Shown: positions 1 to 9,472 of the stretch, one piece after another
How positions within the stretch are numbered: position 1 is the stretch's first letter
Layout of the letters: each line of letters starts with the position of its first letter
Virus record (IMG/VR): IMGVR_UViG_3300042868_002569
Coordinates: 1 to 60,723 of that record
Origin: a virus
Lineage: Duplodnaviria > Caudoviricetes
Strand: one strand, 5' to 3'
Length of the DNA: 60,723 nucleotides
Made by a program: the position numbers and the translations under genes
Notes under the pieces: generated by a model
Told to the model about the DNA's origin: nothing
What the model saw: only the letters and a program-made list of their open reading frames with translations
Database searches by the model: none

Positions 1-391
1 TGAAGCCGTTGTTCAATACGTTAGCAGCTTTTACTTGCTTTGTGTACGCCATAGCGCGAGCTAATGCTTTAGTGTAGCGACCAGACAATGAATCATACAA
101 GTTGTCTTCGATAGCCTCTTCAGTCAAGCTGAAGCCTAAAGCGATTGTTTCGTGTGTATAACGAGCTGTAAACGCTTCCTGTGCGTTGTCATATGCCAAT
201 GAAGAACCTTCGTTCTTTACTGGAGCGGCACTAAAGCCTGACAACTTAGTTTCTTCTTCGAACGAACGCTCAGAAGTCTCTGTATCGTAGATTTCTTTGT
301 GTTGTTCACCGTATGTTGCGTACTCAAGTCCGAACAATGCGTTCAATCCTGGTAATAGCTCTTTTAAGAGTTGTGCGCGTGAAATAGCCAT
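1..391 (-). CDS. Major capsid protein, 5' part (runs off the left edge of the window)
   Basis: Manual translation from ATG at 391 (RBS GGAG upstream): MAISRAQLLKELLPGLNALFGLEY...SERSFEEETKLSGF...ARYTHETIALGFSLTEEAIEDNLY, which I recognise as a phage major capsid family; lies downstream of portal and scaffold. Confidence 0.9.
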   Translation of the reverse strand, partial: MAISRAQLLKELLPGLNALFGLEYATYGEQHKEIYDTETSERSFEEETKLSGFSAAPVKNEGSSLAYDNAQEAFTARYTHETIALGFSLTEEAIEDNLYDSLSGRYTKALARAMAYTKQVKAANVLNNGF

Positions 392-402
392 TTATATGCT
401 CC

Positions 403-1011
403 TTAAGAGAGGTTATTGCCAAGTGTAACTTCTAATTGTGGCTGATTTAGCTTAACGATAACTTCACGGAAGTTAGTTGCGTTAACGGCTGTTTCAGGAA
501 CAACGTCGATTACACGGACTGGAAGAATCGCTGTATTAGCAGCGGAACCTGATATTACTGACAAACCTGAATTACCTGTGGCGTTATTACCTGTGCCAGT
601 AGCAATTGCCATGTTTGTACCTACAACTGCACGTGTTACAGAAGTAACAACGCTTGTATTGCCAGATGTAGTAACTGCGGCTTTAAACGCAGCTTGTGGG
701 TCCAATACTACAAACGCAATAGCGCTTGTAACGCCAGTTGGGTAGTATTGAGCTTGCACAGTTTGACCTGAGCTGTTTACATATTGGCAACCTACAAACA
801 CGCCCAAAGATGGTTGTGCTGTAACGTTATCGCCAATTGCTGATTTTTCTACTACGCCACCAACGACTAGTTTAACAATGTCACCGTTGTAGATTGCTGT
901 TCCGTATGCAGATGTAATTGGAATCTGACGGATAGCGCCGGCATAAGGCATGCCGTCTACACGATTAATTGCTTGAAAGCCGTAGGGAGCAGAAACGGTT
1001 GGATAAGCCAT
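403..1011 (-). CDS. Putative head decoration / minor capsid protein
   Basis: 202 aa, beta-rich (G/A/V/T), immediately upstream of the capsid gene; function inferred from position. Confidence 0.55.
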   Translation of the reverse strand: MAYPTVSAPYGFQAINRVDGMPYAGAIRQIPITSAYGTAIYNGDIVKLVVGGVVEKSAIGDNVTAQPSLGVFVGCQYVNSSGQTVQAQYYPTGVTSAIAFVVLDPQAAFKAAVTTSGNTSVVTSVTRAVVGTNMAIATGTGNNATGNSGLSVISGSAANTAILPVRVIDVVPETAVNATNFREVIVKLNQPQLEVTLGNNLS

Positions 1012-1038
1012 TTTTAAAACTCCTTAAAATTAATAAAA

Positions 1039-1488
1039 TTATTTACCTTTACCAAACGACGTTGTGGATTTCTTTTCTGCGAAAAGGGGCATCCTTGGGT
1101 CGTTATCTCTCATAAAACTATTGTCTACAGCTCTCGTTTGGGATTCGGTAACGTTTGCATAATGGTCATTACGCTGTTGAACGAACTCCGCCGGAGTTTT
1201 GCATAACAATAATCCGCCAATCTCAATGTTGTCTTTATAACGACTTGAGGGGTCAGCTAGCAGTTTAAATTTTGGTTGTTCTTCAATACGAACAGGCTCC
1301 CAGCCTTCTCTCATCTTTGCAGATAAATTACGGGGGTCAGCGTTGTTTAGTGTTGAAACACGAATCCAGCGATAAGCGAAACCAGCCTGTTTGTCGGGCT
1401 CAGGGAGAAGGTCTGCAGGCATCCACTGTTTAGGACGCTCGGTTATTTCACGGGTTTCTAACTCACGAGTTAATCTGTTTTCAGCCAT
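1039..1488 (-). CDS. Phage head-module protein (YRWIR...REGWEPV motif), function unknown
   Basis: 149 aa ORF between scaffold and capsid genes, overlapping the scaffold stop. Confidence 0.6.
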   Translation of the reverse strand: MAENRLTRELETREITERPKQWMPADLLPEPDKQAGFAYRWIRVSTLNNADPRNLSAKMREGWEPVRIEEQPKFKLLADPSSRYKDNIEIGGLLLCKTPAEFVQQRNDHYANVTESQTRAVDNSFMRDNDPRMPLFAEKKSTTSFGKGK

Positions 1489-2485
1489 TTCGGGCCTCCA
1501 TTTTTAAAAGTTCACGGGCATATTGCTCTGGTGTAAGTCCTAGTTTGCGTGCTAGAGCTATCTGGCTTTGCTTCAAACGAATTTGTTTAGAACTCGTACT
1601 CCGCGTTGCCGGCGCTACAACCGTGCTTGGTTTAGTTTTTGTTTGAGTTTTTTGTGGCTCATCCTCTACATCAACCTTTGTTTGTGGTTCCAAAGTATCA
1701 AAATACTCTGAAAACACCTTACGCATTTCTTTGTCAATGCGTTGGAAATATTGGTCAGTACCAACAAACGTCTTGCCGTACTCATCAATCAATTCTTCAT
1801 GCAGTCCTAGAGCATAAGCAGTCATTGACTTTTTGGGGCCAAACCACTGATTCTTTTCGGTCCACTGCTGGGTTTTTGTGTCCGGCGCAATGGGTTTTTC
1901 CTGCAATTGAGGTATTTGTACCTCATTTTCTTCGTCTTGTAAAGTACTTGGACGGAAATTTTTTACTTTATCTGATTTTATTGCAGCATTGTTTAGTTTA
2001 GCCTGTGCTTCAACAATGCGGTCAGAGTCTCCGGTTTCTAGTGCTTCTTTGTATCCACGCTTGGCTACTTCAAGCTCTAACTCGGTGGCGTTCTGTACGG
2101 TTTCAATGTACGTTTTCTCGCCTGAAGAGTAAGCCTGCTTTAGTTTTTTGTTCTCTTCGATTACTCGTTTTGCTAGGTCAATAGCCTCTTGGCGCTCTCT
2201 GTCTGAAGAATCAGCGCGACGACGCTCGTCATGCCAAACCTTCTTCATTTGAACCATTTTTTCTTTGGCTTCAGCGCTGTACTTATCTAGCTCATCGACA
2301 TCTACTTCAAGCTTTTTGACGGCTTCGATGTCCATTGGCTTACGGCCACGGTCCTCTTCAGGCGTGTCATCGTCAATTTCAATCTCAATTCTGTCTTCTT
2401 CAGCTGAAACTGATACGTTTTTATCTTCTTCAAGCTCATGCGGAAACTTAAATTCCTGCATTCCAAATTCGTTATCTTGGGGCAT
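1481..2485 (-). CDS. Putative capsid scaffolding protein
   Basis: Acidic N-terminus, long coiled coil, C-terminal ARKLGLTPEQYA helix; lies between portal and capsid genes. Confidence 0.7.
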   Translation of the reverse strand: MPQDNEFGMQEFKFPHELEEDKNVSVSAEEDRIEIEIDDDTPEEDRGRKPMDIEAVKKLEVDVDELDKYSAEAKEKMVQMKKVWHDERRRADSSDRERQEAIDLAKRVIEENKKLKQAYSSGEKTYIETVQNATELELEVAKRGYKEALETGDSDRIVEAQAKLNNAAIKSDKVKNFRPSTLQDEENEVQIPQLQEKPIAPDTKTQQWTEKNQWFGPKKSMTAYALGLHEELIDEYGKTFVGTDQYFQRIDKEMRKVFSEYFDTLEPQTKVDVEDEPQKTQTKTKPSTVVAPATRSTSSKQIRLKQSQIALARKLGLTPEQYARELLKMEARNG

Positions 2486-2496
2486 TTTGTGGCTCC

Positions 2497-2892
2497 TTAT
2501 TTACGTTTAATACCGCGCGGGTCATCTACAATACCTTCGACTGAGTCGTCGTTAATAATGCGGAACTCTTTACCATGAATGACTAGTCTTGTGCCGGCGT
2601 TAGGGCGTACAAGGACAAAGTCACCTACCTGACACCAATCCCCTGTAGGGAAACGACTTGCGTCTTTATAGCAATCAGGGCCTTTTGCAACTACAAATAG
2701 CACTGTAGTAAGAACTTCTTCGTATTGCAGGGTTTGGTCTGCTTTTAATATACCGCTGTCGTACTCTTTTTCCTGCTCTGGAATAGCGCATAGGATGCGA
2801 TAACCAGACGGACGTGGTAATTGTGATGCTTTTTCGTCTGCTGTTTGTGGCAGTTCTGTACCGCTTTGTGTAGCGATAATTAGGTCACTCAT
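2497..2892 (-). CDS. GroES/Cpn10-like co-chaperonin
   Basis: PSGYRIL...SGIL...VVAKGPDCY...VGDFVL...EFRIINDDSVEGIV matches the Cpn10 pattern. Confidence 0.85.
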   Translation of the reverse strand: MSDLIIATQSGTELPQTADEKASQLPRPSGYRILCAIPEQEKEYDSGILKADQTLQYEEVLTTVLFVVAKGPDCYKDASRFPTGDWCQVGDFVLVRPNAGTRLVIHGKEFRIINDDSVEGIVDDPRGIKRK

Positions 2893-3082
2893 CAGAGTTC
2901 TCCATAGTTGATTTGAGGTCTGTAACTACTAAACATGCGGCTTCAAGACCTCGTAGTTGTCCGCATGAGTATTTATACTCGTCAAAGGTTGTGCATCCGC
3001 CTCTTGCAATTGCGTCTTGCAAAAGATTGATACGTTCACCGTATTTTTCAAGTAATAAATTTAGGATTTGTGTATCCATCAT
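2885..3082 (-). CDS. Small phage protein between portal and GroES-like gene
   Basis: 65 aa, EYKYSCGQLRGL motif, overlaps both neighbours. Confidence 0.6.
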   Translation of the reverse strand: MMDTQILNLLLEKYGERINLLQDAIARGGCTTFDEYKYSCGQLRGLEAACLVVTDLKSTMENSDE

Positions 3083-5544
3083 TCACCTTTTTTGTTAGGT
3101 TTTTCCATCTGTGCTTGGTTTTTTGCTATTTCAGAACCAATCCGTAGACCTTCAAGCTGTCCTTTAGATGCAAGTTCTGCTTTATCTTTGGCAACTTTGG
3201 CGCCAACTTGCATTCCAGCAATTTCTTTCTGGGCTGCAATTCTTTCTCTCTCAATGTCTTGCTGGTCGACTTTGGCGGCAGCGTCAATTTGAAGTTTCTT
3301 CTCTTTAATCTCAACTTCCTTAGCTTTAAGCTGCAATTCTTGTTGTTGCAACTGAATAAGTGGGTCTTGCTGCTGTTGTTGAGCCTGTTGTTGCTGTACT
3401 TCAGCTTGATTCTTCTGTAATAGCTGCTGACCTGCTTGGGCAGCCCTTTGAGAAATCTGCATCTCTAGCTCACGTGGGATATCTTCCTCATCACCATCTT
3501 CACTACGAGGAATCTCAATACCCATCATTTGTTCCATCTGTTTCTTATACTCAAAGCCTAAGTGCTCGGCAATGTGCGCCTGCATAGCAGCACCAATCTG
3601 TTGCGCCATTGGTGATTGACCAACTATTTGCATAATCTTAGGGTCTTGCATAGCAGCCATGTGAACGGTGATATGCGCTTGGTGGTCTTGATAGTAGAAA
3701 GCCTTGATTGGTTTCATACTTAAAGCATTTTGGTTCTCAGTAACTGGGTCTTCAGGCTTCTTGTCGCCTTCAAGCTTAATTAGTTTCTGAGCATTCTTAA
3801 TTCCCAACACATCTAGCATCTGACGATGTAGCTGTGCCAAATCATATAGTTGCGGCGCTGACTGGGCTAACTGTAGGGCTGCTTGATACTGAACAACTTT
3901 CTGTGACATTGTTGCAGCATTAGGGTCGCTAACAGGGATGACGTCCACCATGTCGTAATCAGACTGCTTGGCACGGCGAGAGCCAATCTCTGGCTCGTAT
4001 GGGTAGTCGGCTGGTGTGTAATCACGAATGATTTCCTTAAGTAGCTTAAGCTCTTGCTTCATTGAATAGTGCACGCGAGCCTGAACAGCTGACATCACCT
4101 TCAATGTTCTTTCCAAGATAGCAAGCGTAGTACCAACTGGTGAGTTGGCTGACATGTCGCTAATCTTCATATCAGCAGCAGATGCGAAGCGACGACCTTC
4201 TTCTACGATAGTGCCTAAGAGAGAATAGAGGACTTGCGACGGCTCTTTATAAGGAAGAGGTAATACGTTGTCTCGCATCGTTCCGCTTGGGACGTCGACG
4301 TCACGCCATTCTCCTGGGCTAATTGGCGTGTCATCGCCCTTAATTCTAAGTCCACGAGTTTTGAATCCACCAGGTAGATTAGATAAAGTACCAGCATCAA
4401 CAAGCTGACGTATGATAGAAGTGCCAGACTTAGCGAAGGCGCCAACGAGGTGAATAAGACCAAAGCAATAGAAGCCAAAGCCAGGTACATAGCCATAGTG
4501 AACAAAGTGGTTACGCTTTTGCTTCGTCTCGTCCTCAGGGCGCCAATTGCGTCGGATTGATAAGATTGTGCTCGAGCCTTTTTCGATTGTGACGATGTAG
4601 GGGAGCGCGATACCTGTCGGGTTTCCTTCGTCATCTTTGTCCTCATATCCTGGCAAGTCCAAATTAACTTGCATCTCAAGAAGTTTATATCTGTTGTCAG
4701 TAGTAGCCCGGAAGCCTAGCTTCTCAGCAATCTTCTTCTCTACTTCATCTAGTGTGTTGTCTGGCGCGCCTAGGTCAACGTCACGATAGAAGCCAGCGTA
4801 CTGCAAGCGCTTTAGCTCATTCTCAGTCTTGCGCATGACGTGTGTCACGCGGTCAGCTGTTTCTAAGTTAGATGCGCCATACGGCACAACTACGTCTTCG
4901 GCCGGTACAAAAATGGAAGTCTCTCGGTTTAAACCTGGGTCAAAGTAGACCTTCTTAAACGCGTTACCTGATAGACCAAGTCCCCAACACATGCGCTCAT
5001 GCTCGTTGCGATACTCAACCATCACATCTGTAATTCTGTAGTTCATGTCATCCTGAACACGCTCAGCAGCGTCTTTCTTCTCAGGAGTCTCACGTCCAAC
5101 GATTTGTGTCTTAACTGGGCCGGCTGCTGGCAATGTACTCATCACAGTCTCAGCTTGGAACTTAACCAACGCTTCACTTAATAGCGGGTGGTACACGCCA
5201 CAAGCACCTTCCCAAGGCTCAGAACGCTCTTCAATCTGCATACCCAATAGCTCTAAGCCATCAACGTATGTCTGCATCCAATCTTTGCGTGAACCTACGT
5301 CATCGTCGTAGTCACCAATTAAATCACCGGCTAGCTCAGCTAACGCGCCGTCGTCTAGAACATCCGCAATGTTCTCATCAAAGTCATCTTCTTCGTCGTC
5401 TTTCTCGATACGCAAAATGGGCATGCCATCGACGCCAATCTCTACAGACTCTGGGTCTTCAATAGTTATTTCTAAGTCTGGCTCGTCATTTAGAGCTTCT
5501 TCAATTCCTACAGGAGCTGCGTATAAACTTTTTTCAATCGACAT
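3079..5544 (-). CDS. Portal protein (large, P22-like, with Gln-rich C-terminal coiled coil)
   Basis: ~820 aa directly downstream of terL; start set at MSIEKSLY (ATG 5544, RBS AAGGA upstream). Confidence 0.85.
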   Translation of the reverse strand: MSIEKSLYAAPVGIEEALNDEPDLEITIEDPESVEIGVDGMPILRIEKDDEEDDFDENIADVLDDGALAELAGDLIGDYDDDVGSRKDWMQTYVDGLELLGMQIEERSEPWEGACGVYHPLLSEALVKFQAETVMSTLPAAGPVKTQIVGRETPEKKDAAERVQDDMNYRITDVMVEYRNEHERMCWGLGLSGNAFKKVYFDPGLNRETSIFVPAEDVVVPYGASNLETADRVTHVMRKTENELKRLQYAGFYRDVDLGAPDNTLDEVEKKIAEKLGFRATTDNRYKLLEMQVNLDLPGYEDKDDEGNPTGIALPYIVTIEKGSSTILSIRRNWRPEDETKQKRNHFVHYGYVPGFGFYCFGLIHLVGAFAKSGTSIIRQLVDAGTLSNLPGGFKTRGLRIKGDDTPISPGEWRDVDVPSGTMRDNVLPLPYKEPSQVLYSLLGTIVEEGRRFASAADMKISDMSANSPVGTTLAILERTLKVMSAVQARVHYSMKQELKLLKEIIRDYTPADYPYEPEIGSRRAKQSDYDMVDVIPVSDPNAATMSQKVVQYQAALQLAQSAPQLYDLAQLHRQMLDVLGIKNAQKLIKLEGDKKPEDPVTENQNALSMKPIKAFYYQDHQAHITVHMAAMQDPKIMQIVGQSPMAQQIGAAMQAHIAEHLGFEYKKQMEQMMGIEIPRSEDGDEEDIPRELEMQISQRAAQAGQQLLQKNQAEVQQQQAQQQQQDPLIQLQQQELQLKAKEVEIKEKKLQIDAAAKVDQQDIERERIAAQKEIAGMQVGAKVAKDKAELASKGQLEGLRIGSEIAKNQAQMEKPNKKGE

Positions 5545-5552
5545 GATGGTCC

Positions 5553-7091
5553 TTAATAGTATGCTTTCTTGCGTCGCTTCCAATCCGGAGCTTCGTCTTG
5601 CTCATCGGAGTCTAATGTGATAAAACCGCCTCTACGGAATCTTAACAGGGCCTGGGTCATACTGTCTACTAAGTCGTCGTGTTCTCCAGACGGAAAACTT
5701 GCTACTTCCTCAACAAGTTCTTCAGCCCAATTAGTCGCCGGCACCCAAACCCGTCCAGAAGCAAACATATCTGCCACTGAGTTTAGACGCGCAATCTTGT
5801 CACTTCCTTTAGAGGGTACGTACTCCTGTACCGGTATTCCTCTTGCCCTGAGCTCGAACACCAACGGCGCTCCAGACGCTTTCGCCTCGACAATGAGCGC
5901 ATCAGGCTCCCACTCCTTATAGTGCTCAAAGGCGGACTGCTTGAGCTCCGGGAACTCCATCCGTTCTTTGAAACTATTAAGAAGTATGATGTGCGGGACC
6001 ATGACCCCGACGTTGTTCTCCTGATAAAACACACCCCATGTCGTGCACGCACAGTAGTCGCTCCGTTCTGTCTTTAAAAACGCCGTATCCCAGCTCTGAA
6101 TAGTGAACTCACACATCGGTGGGTCGTCGTGCTCCCATATTCTCCACCACTCACGCTTCACAATAGCTGAAACTTCCGAGGTGGGGTTCTGCATGTACTG
6201 CGCCATCCACTTGGAGTTAGGCAACTCATTGCGTAGGGCTACAAGCTCTTCCCGCTTCCAAAACTCAGGCCATAGAGGCACGTCATCGTCAAATAATGCT
6301 GGAAATTCAATGACTTCCCAACCTTCTCCGCTACGTTGTGCATCAGCTTTAATCACTTTACCTGTCAGGTCTTTCTTCGACCAACGGGTCATAACTATAA
6401 TAATAGAGCCACCAGGCTGTAAACGCTGACGCGGGCCTGACGTATACCATTCGTAGGTCTTATCGTACACATCACTATTAGTCTCAGCTAGCGCTGCTTC
6501 CTGTTCCGAGTGAGGGTCGTCAATAATAAGTATGTCCGCACCTTTACCAGTAACTGCGCCGCCAATACCAATCGCAAAATAGTCTCCGCCTTTGTTAGTG
6601 GCCCATCGCCCAGCTGCTTTTGAGTCTGCTTGAAGACCAAGGCTGGGAAATATGCTCTTGTAGATATCAGAGTCCACCAAGTTACGTACTTTCCTACCAA
6701 ATCCCACGGCCAATTCAGCAGTATGTGAGGTTTGGATAACTTTTTTCTCTGGGTATTTACCCAAAAACCAAGCGGGTAACAGATAAGAGGCAAACTCAGA
6801 CTTAGTATGACGAGGAGGCATATTAATAATAAGCCGTTTACACTCTCCACGAGCCACTTTTTCAAATGCTGCAGCCATTTTTTCATGATGTTTTCCATGT
6901 ATGAAGTTAGGCCATACTTTTCTCACAAAGGCCATAAAATCGTCTTGTGCGGTTTCTTTTTCTTTAGCAACCACGGTTGTATCCGTGATTTTTAAGTAGG
7001 AACGGAGCTCCGCCTCGCTTAATTTGTCGAGGTTGTTGTAAAGAAAGACTAAATCTTCCTTAGTTAGCTCTTTATTCGGTGCTATCTGCAT
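5553..7091 (-). CDS. terL: Terminase large subunit
   Basis: Walker A-like INMPPRHTKS, Walker B LIIDDPH, VMTRW coupling motif, C-terminal nuclease SWDTA...HDDLVDS. Confidence 0.95.
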   Translation of the reverse strand: MQIAPNKELTKEDLVFLYNNLDKLSEAELRSYLKITDTTVVAKEKETAQDDFMAFVRKVWPNFIHGKHHEKMAAAFEKVARGECKRLIINMPPRHTKSEFASYLLPAWFLGKYPEKKVIQTSHTAELAVGFGRKVRNLVDSDIYKSIFPSLGLQADSKAAGRWATNKGGDYFAIGIGGAVTGKGADILIIDDPHSEQEAALAETNSDVYDKTYEWYTSGPRQRLQPGGSIIIVMTRWSKKDLTGKVIKADAQRSGEGWEVIEFPALFDDDVPLWPEFWKREELVALRNELPNSKWMAQYMQNPTSEVSAIVKREWWRIWEHDDPPMCEFTIQSWDTAFLKTERSDYCACTTWGVFYQENNVGVMVPHIILLNSFKERMEFPELKQSAFEHYKEWEPDALIVEAKASGAPLVFELRARGIPVQEYVPSKGSDKIARLNSVADMFASGRVWVPATNWAEELVEEVASFPSGEHDDLVDSMTQALLRFRRGGFITLDSDEQDEAPDWKRRKKAYY

Positions 7092-7692
7092 CTTTTTTTG
7101 AAGTTGTATCCTCTACATCTGTTACATCTAGCTCTTTTACTAGGTTTTCTGAGTGGGGAACCGTGTTTTTGTCCTCCATTTGAATCAATTTCTCAATCCG
7201 TGAGCGTAAAGCGTCCTTCAATTCGTCTGAAGTTTTGTGTGTAATGGTCAATTCAGCACGTTCTGTGAACAAATCACTTGCTTTGCCGAGTAATTCTAAG
7301 GCTTTTAGTGAGTATTTAGGGTCGTCGTGGTCTGAAATCTCAAGTAATCTATTAGTTACCAGGTTGCGAACTTGTATTTTGTCCTCAATTACCTGCTTAT
7401 CATAGTCACTTATATAATGTCCGAGGCGTAGGGCAACGCCTGTTTTATTTAATTCTTTGCGGATGGTCGATGCTTGTTCTTGGGTTTTCTTTTTGCCCAT
7501 TTGTTCGAACAATTGCTTGGCTTTTTCGTTATCCTCTGCAGTCATATCGAACGTGGCTTCGCCGTCAAGCTCCGCCAACATCATGGCAGTATTAGCTTTG
7601 ACACGAATCTCGTCGTCTATGTCATCCACCATTTGTGGGCGGGCAACGTCTGGTACAGGTTTGTCAAGGTTTGGCTCAACATTAATTGTCAT
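7072..7692 (-). CDS. Probable terminase small subunit
   Basis: 206 aa helical protein overlapping the terL start; LKALELLGK oligomerisation-like motif. Confidence 0.7.
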   Translation of the reverse strand: MTINVEPNLDKPVPDVARPQMVDDIDDEIRVKANTAMMLAELDGEATFDMTAEDNEKAKQLFEQMGKKKTQEQASTIRKELNKTGVALRLGHYISDYDKQVIEDKIQVRNLVTNRLLEISDHDDPKYSLKALELLGKASDLFTERAELTITHKTSDELKDALRSRIEKLIQMEDKNTVPHSENLVKELDVTDVEDTTSKKDADSTE

Positions 7693-7727
7693 ACGTAGCC
7701 TTTTGCGTAGGTTACAAGCGTAACCGA

Positions 7728-7757
7728 AGTATATATTAAAAAAATACTATATGCCAA
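7728..7757 (-). promoter_or_regulatory. Possible sigma70-type promoter for the packaging/head operon
   Basis: TTGGCA-18 bp-TATACT on the minus strand ~35 bp upstream of the terS ATG. Confidence 0.4.
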
Positions 7758-7780
7758 CATGGTACCTAATAAAAAGTGAC

Positions 7781-7974
7781 GGGGGGTGTTTCGCTGGCTG
7801 TAGTTTGCTGCGCTGCAACAGAAAAGCGAAGGGGGTGGGGGGTATTTTGAAAACGCGGTATCGCTTGTGCAAAACTGTGTATATATGTGTTGCTAGCATT
7901 GACGGGTCACATTTAGGGGGGCGGGGGTGCGTGGGGCTAACCAGTTATAAGTGTCGCTGGGGTAGCCCAGTGGG
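7781..7974 (+). other. G-tract cluster in the late/early divergent intergenic region
   Basis: G-runs at 7781-86, 7831-35, 7837-42, 7916-21, 7923-27, 7933-36, 7959-62 and 7972-74, all on the + strand. Confidence 0.6.
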
Positions 7975-8029
7975 ATATATTTGTCTTAGTGAAATAAATA
8001 CTGGATATATCCCAGTTACCCACTATAAT
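7971..8029 (+). promoter_or_regulatory. Possible first early promoter with an overlapping inverted repeat
   Basis: TATAAT at 8024-8029; weak -35 (CTGGAT 8001-8006, 17 bp spacer); inverted repeat TGGGATATAT (7971-80) / ATATATCCCA (8005-14). Confidence 0.45.
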
Positions 8030-8083
8030 TAAAGCGTGGAAGAATGGTTCTTTCACATATAACCTAAAAGGGATTTAATCAAA

Positions 8084-8737
8084 ATGAATGAAACTTTTAA
8101 ACTGAATGACCAGCAAGTAGCTGGCTTTATGGCTTGTGGAGCTACATTTGCTGAAAGTGAAACTGATATCGCTGGGGCTGTTAAAGCTTTTGTTGATTTA
8201 GTTACTGTAGGCAAAAATGGTAGCTGGATTAACGGTAGCTTTGTAGAGGATTTAAACAGCAACAAAGTACATAAAGTACCTGATTTTAATTTGTGGGTAG
8301 CTGGTATGGAAGAGGTAAAGCGTGGATACGCTAAGGTTAAAGGCTTATCAGGTGTTGACAATGAAGCCGTTAAGCAAATGTGGAAGCGATTTACTCGCAA
8401 CGTATCGGAGCAATTCGGTATCACTAAACCAGCTAAACCTACGGATACAGGTAAGGCAAAAGCAGAACAACGTAGCAAGGCTTTAATAGCTAAACAGGAA
8501 TTAGCTAAGCGTGATATTGATGATTTACAGGCTGAGATTATTGAGCTATCCGCTAAGCCATCAAAAGAAAATGTTAAGTTGACTAGCAAATTACTTGATG
8601 CTGTTGCATACAAGCAAAAGGCGGAAAATAAGGATTTTGACGTTGAGATTAAAGCTATTAAAAAGGAAATTAAAGAAAAGGTTACAAAGTGTGATGATTT
8701 ATCTTTATTGCAAGATATCGCTAACATGCTTGATTAA
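8084..8737 (+). CDS. Early hypothetical protein, paralogue A
   Basis: 217 aa helical protein, alignable along its length with 9473-10066. Confidence 0.75.
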   Translation: MNETFKLNDQQVAGFMACGATFAESETDIAGAVKAFVDLVTVGKNGSWINGSFVEDLNSNKVHKVPDFNLWVAGMEEVKRGYAKVKGLSGVDNEAVKQMWKRFTRNVSEQFGITKPAKPTDTGKAKAEQRSKALIAKQELAKRDIDDLQAEIIELSAKPSKENVKLTSKLLDAVAYKQKAENKDFDVEIKAIKKEIKEKVTKCDDLSLLQDIANMLD

Positions 8738-8789
8738 CCTATAACTTAGAAAAGGATAGGCTGGGGGTAACACCCCAGTCTAACTGAAT

Positions 8790-9029
8790 ATGCCTAGTAT
8801 GATAATTACCCCGTACCTAAAAGACTATGATTCAAAACCTGAGGTATTAACAGCGTGGAAAGCTGGTAGCGATTTTATTATCAAGAACTTTTACCATGCC
8901 TATTATGGTAAGCCAATGAGTATCAGGAATATTGATACTCTAATAGCAGAGGGTTTCACTCATGTAGAAATTAGGTACTACAAAATGACTAAATGCGTTT
9001 TTATTGATATTAGAAAGGAATTAAAATGA
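8790..9029 (+). CDS. Hypothetical protein
   Basis: 79 aa ORF in the early operon, ATGA overlap with next gene. Confidence 0.65.
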   Translation: MPSMIITPYLKDYDSKPEVLTAWKAGSDFIIKNFYHAYYGKPMSIRNIDTLIAEGFTHVEIRYYKMTKCVFIDIRKELK

Positions 9030-9220
9030 CAGGTAATTTAACAATATTTTTTGTAATCAATGCCAATGGCAAAAGTAAAACGGTAAACCTATTAAGGGAA
9101 TACCATATTAATGAAAAGGTAGCTGTTGAAACTAAAGCTAATTTCATTAAACTAAATGATAGGTTTCTTGATACGGATAGAATAGTATGTTTGTGGCAGC
9201 CTCTGGCCAGAGCAATATAA
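9026..9220 (+). CDS. Hypothetical protein
   Basis: 64 aa, RBS GAAAGGA, followed by a terminator. Confidence 0.55.
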   Translation: MTGNLTIFFVINANGKSKTVNLLREYHINEKVAVETKANFIKLNDRFLDTDRIVCLWQPLARAI

Positions 9221-9240
9221 CCCAGCAGCAAAATGTCTAA

Positions 9241-9264
9241 GCCGCCCTTCGGGGCGGTTTTTTT
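9241..9264 (+). terminator. Rho-independent terminator
   Basis: CCGCCC-TTCG-GGGCGG followed by T7. Confidence 0.9.
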
Positions 9265-9281
9265 GTCAGCAGAAAAAATGA

Positions 9282-9310
9282 GGGAACTGGTTGTAAGCGA
9301 CGCAATAGCC
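9282..9310 (+). repeat. 29 bp direct repeat, copy 1
   Basis: GGGAACTGGTTGTAAGCGACGCAATAGCC; 28/29 identical to 10199-10227. Confidence 0.9.
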
Positions 9311-9314
9311 TCGG

Positions 9315-9341
9315 GACAAAGTGGCGTGGTGACACTATGTC
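9315..9341. promoter_or_regulatory. Early-region palindrome (PAL) copy 1
   Basis: GACAAAGTGGCG-TGG-TGACACTATGTC, just upstream of the -35 at 9354. Confidence 0.85.
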
Positions 9342-9353
9342 TGGAACTTATCC

Positions 9354-9382
9354 TTGACTTTTCCCACTTTATAGACTATAAT
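9354..9382 (+). promoter_or_regulatory. Sigma70-type promoter
   Basis: TTGACT-17 bp-TATAAT. Confidence 0.85.
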
Positions 9383-9420
9383 GTATGTATGAGATTGAGA
9401 ATGGTTTGCCCAATTTCACG

Positions 9421-9447
9421 GACAGAGTGTCATGTTGACAAAATGTC
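9421..9447. promoter_or_regulatory. PAL copy 2
   Basis: GACAGAGTGTCA-TGT-TGACAAAATGTC in the leader of the 9473 gene. Confidence 0.85.
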
Positions 9448-9472
9448 CAACTTAGCAAACTTCGGAGATTGT

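Noticed and set aside
7751-8032. 93 aa ORF in the track
   Set aside because: Crosses the G-tract and promoter region, has no RBS and has odd Cys/Gly-rich composition; probably spurious.
8053-8727. Long antisense ORF (and similar shadow ORFs throughout the track)
   Set aside because: Lies opposite a better supported gene and is explained by codon bias on the coding strand.
9233-9472. N-terminal extension of the 277 aa track ORF
   Set aside because: Runs through a terminator, the 29 bp repeat, two PALs and a promoter; the RBS-supported start is 9473 and paralogue similarity begins after it.
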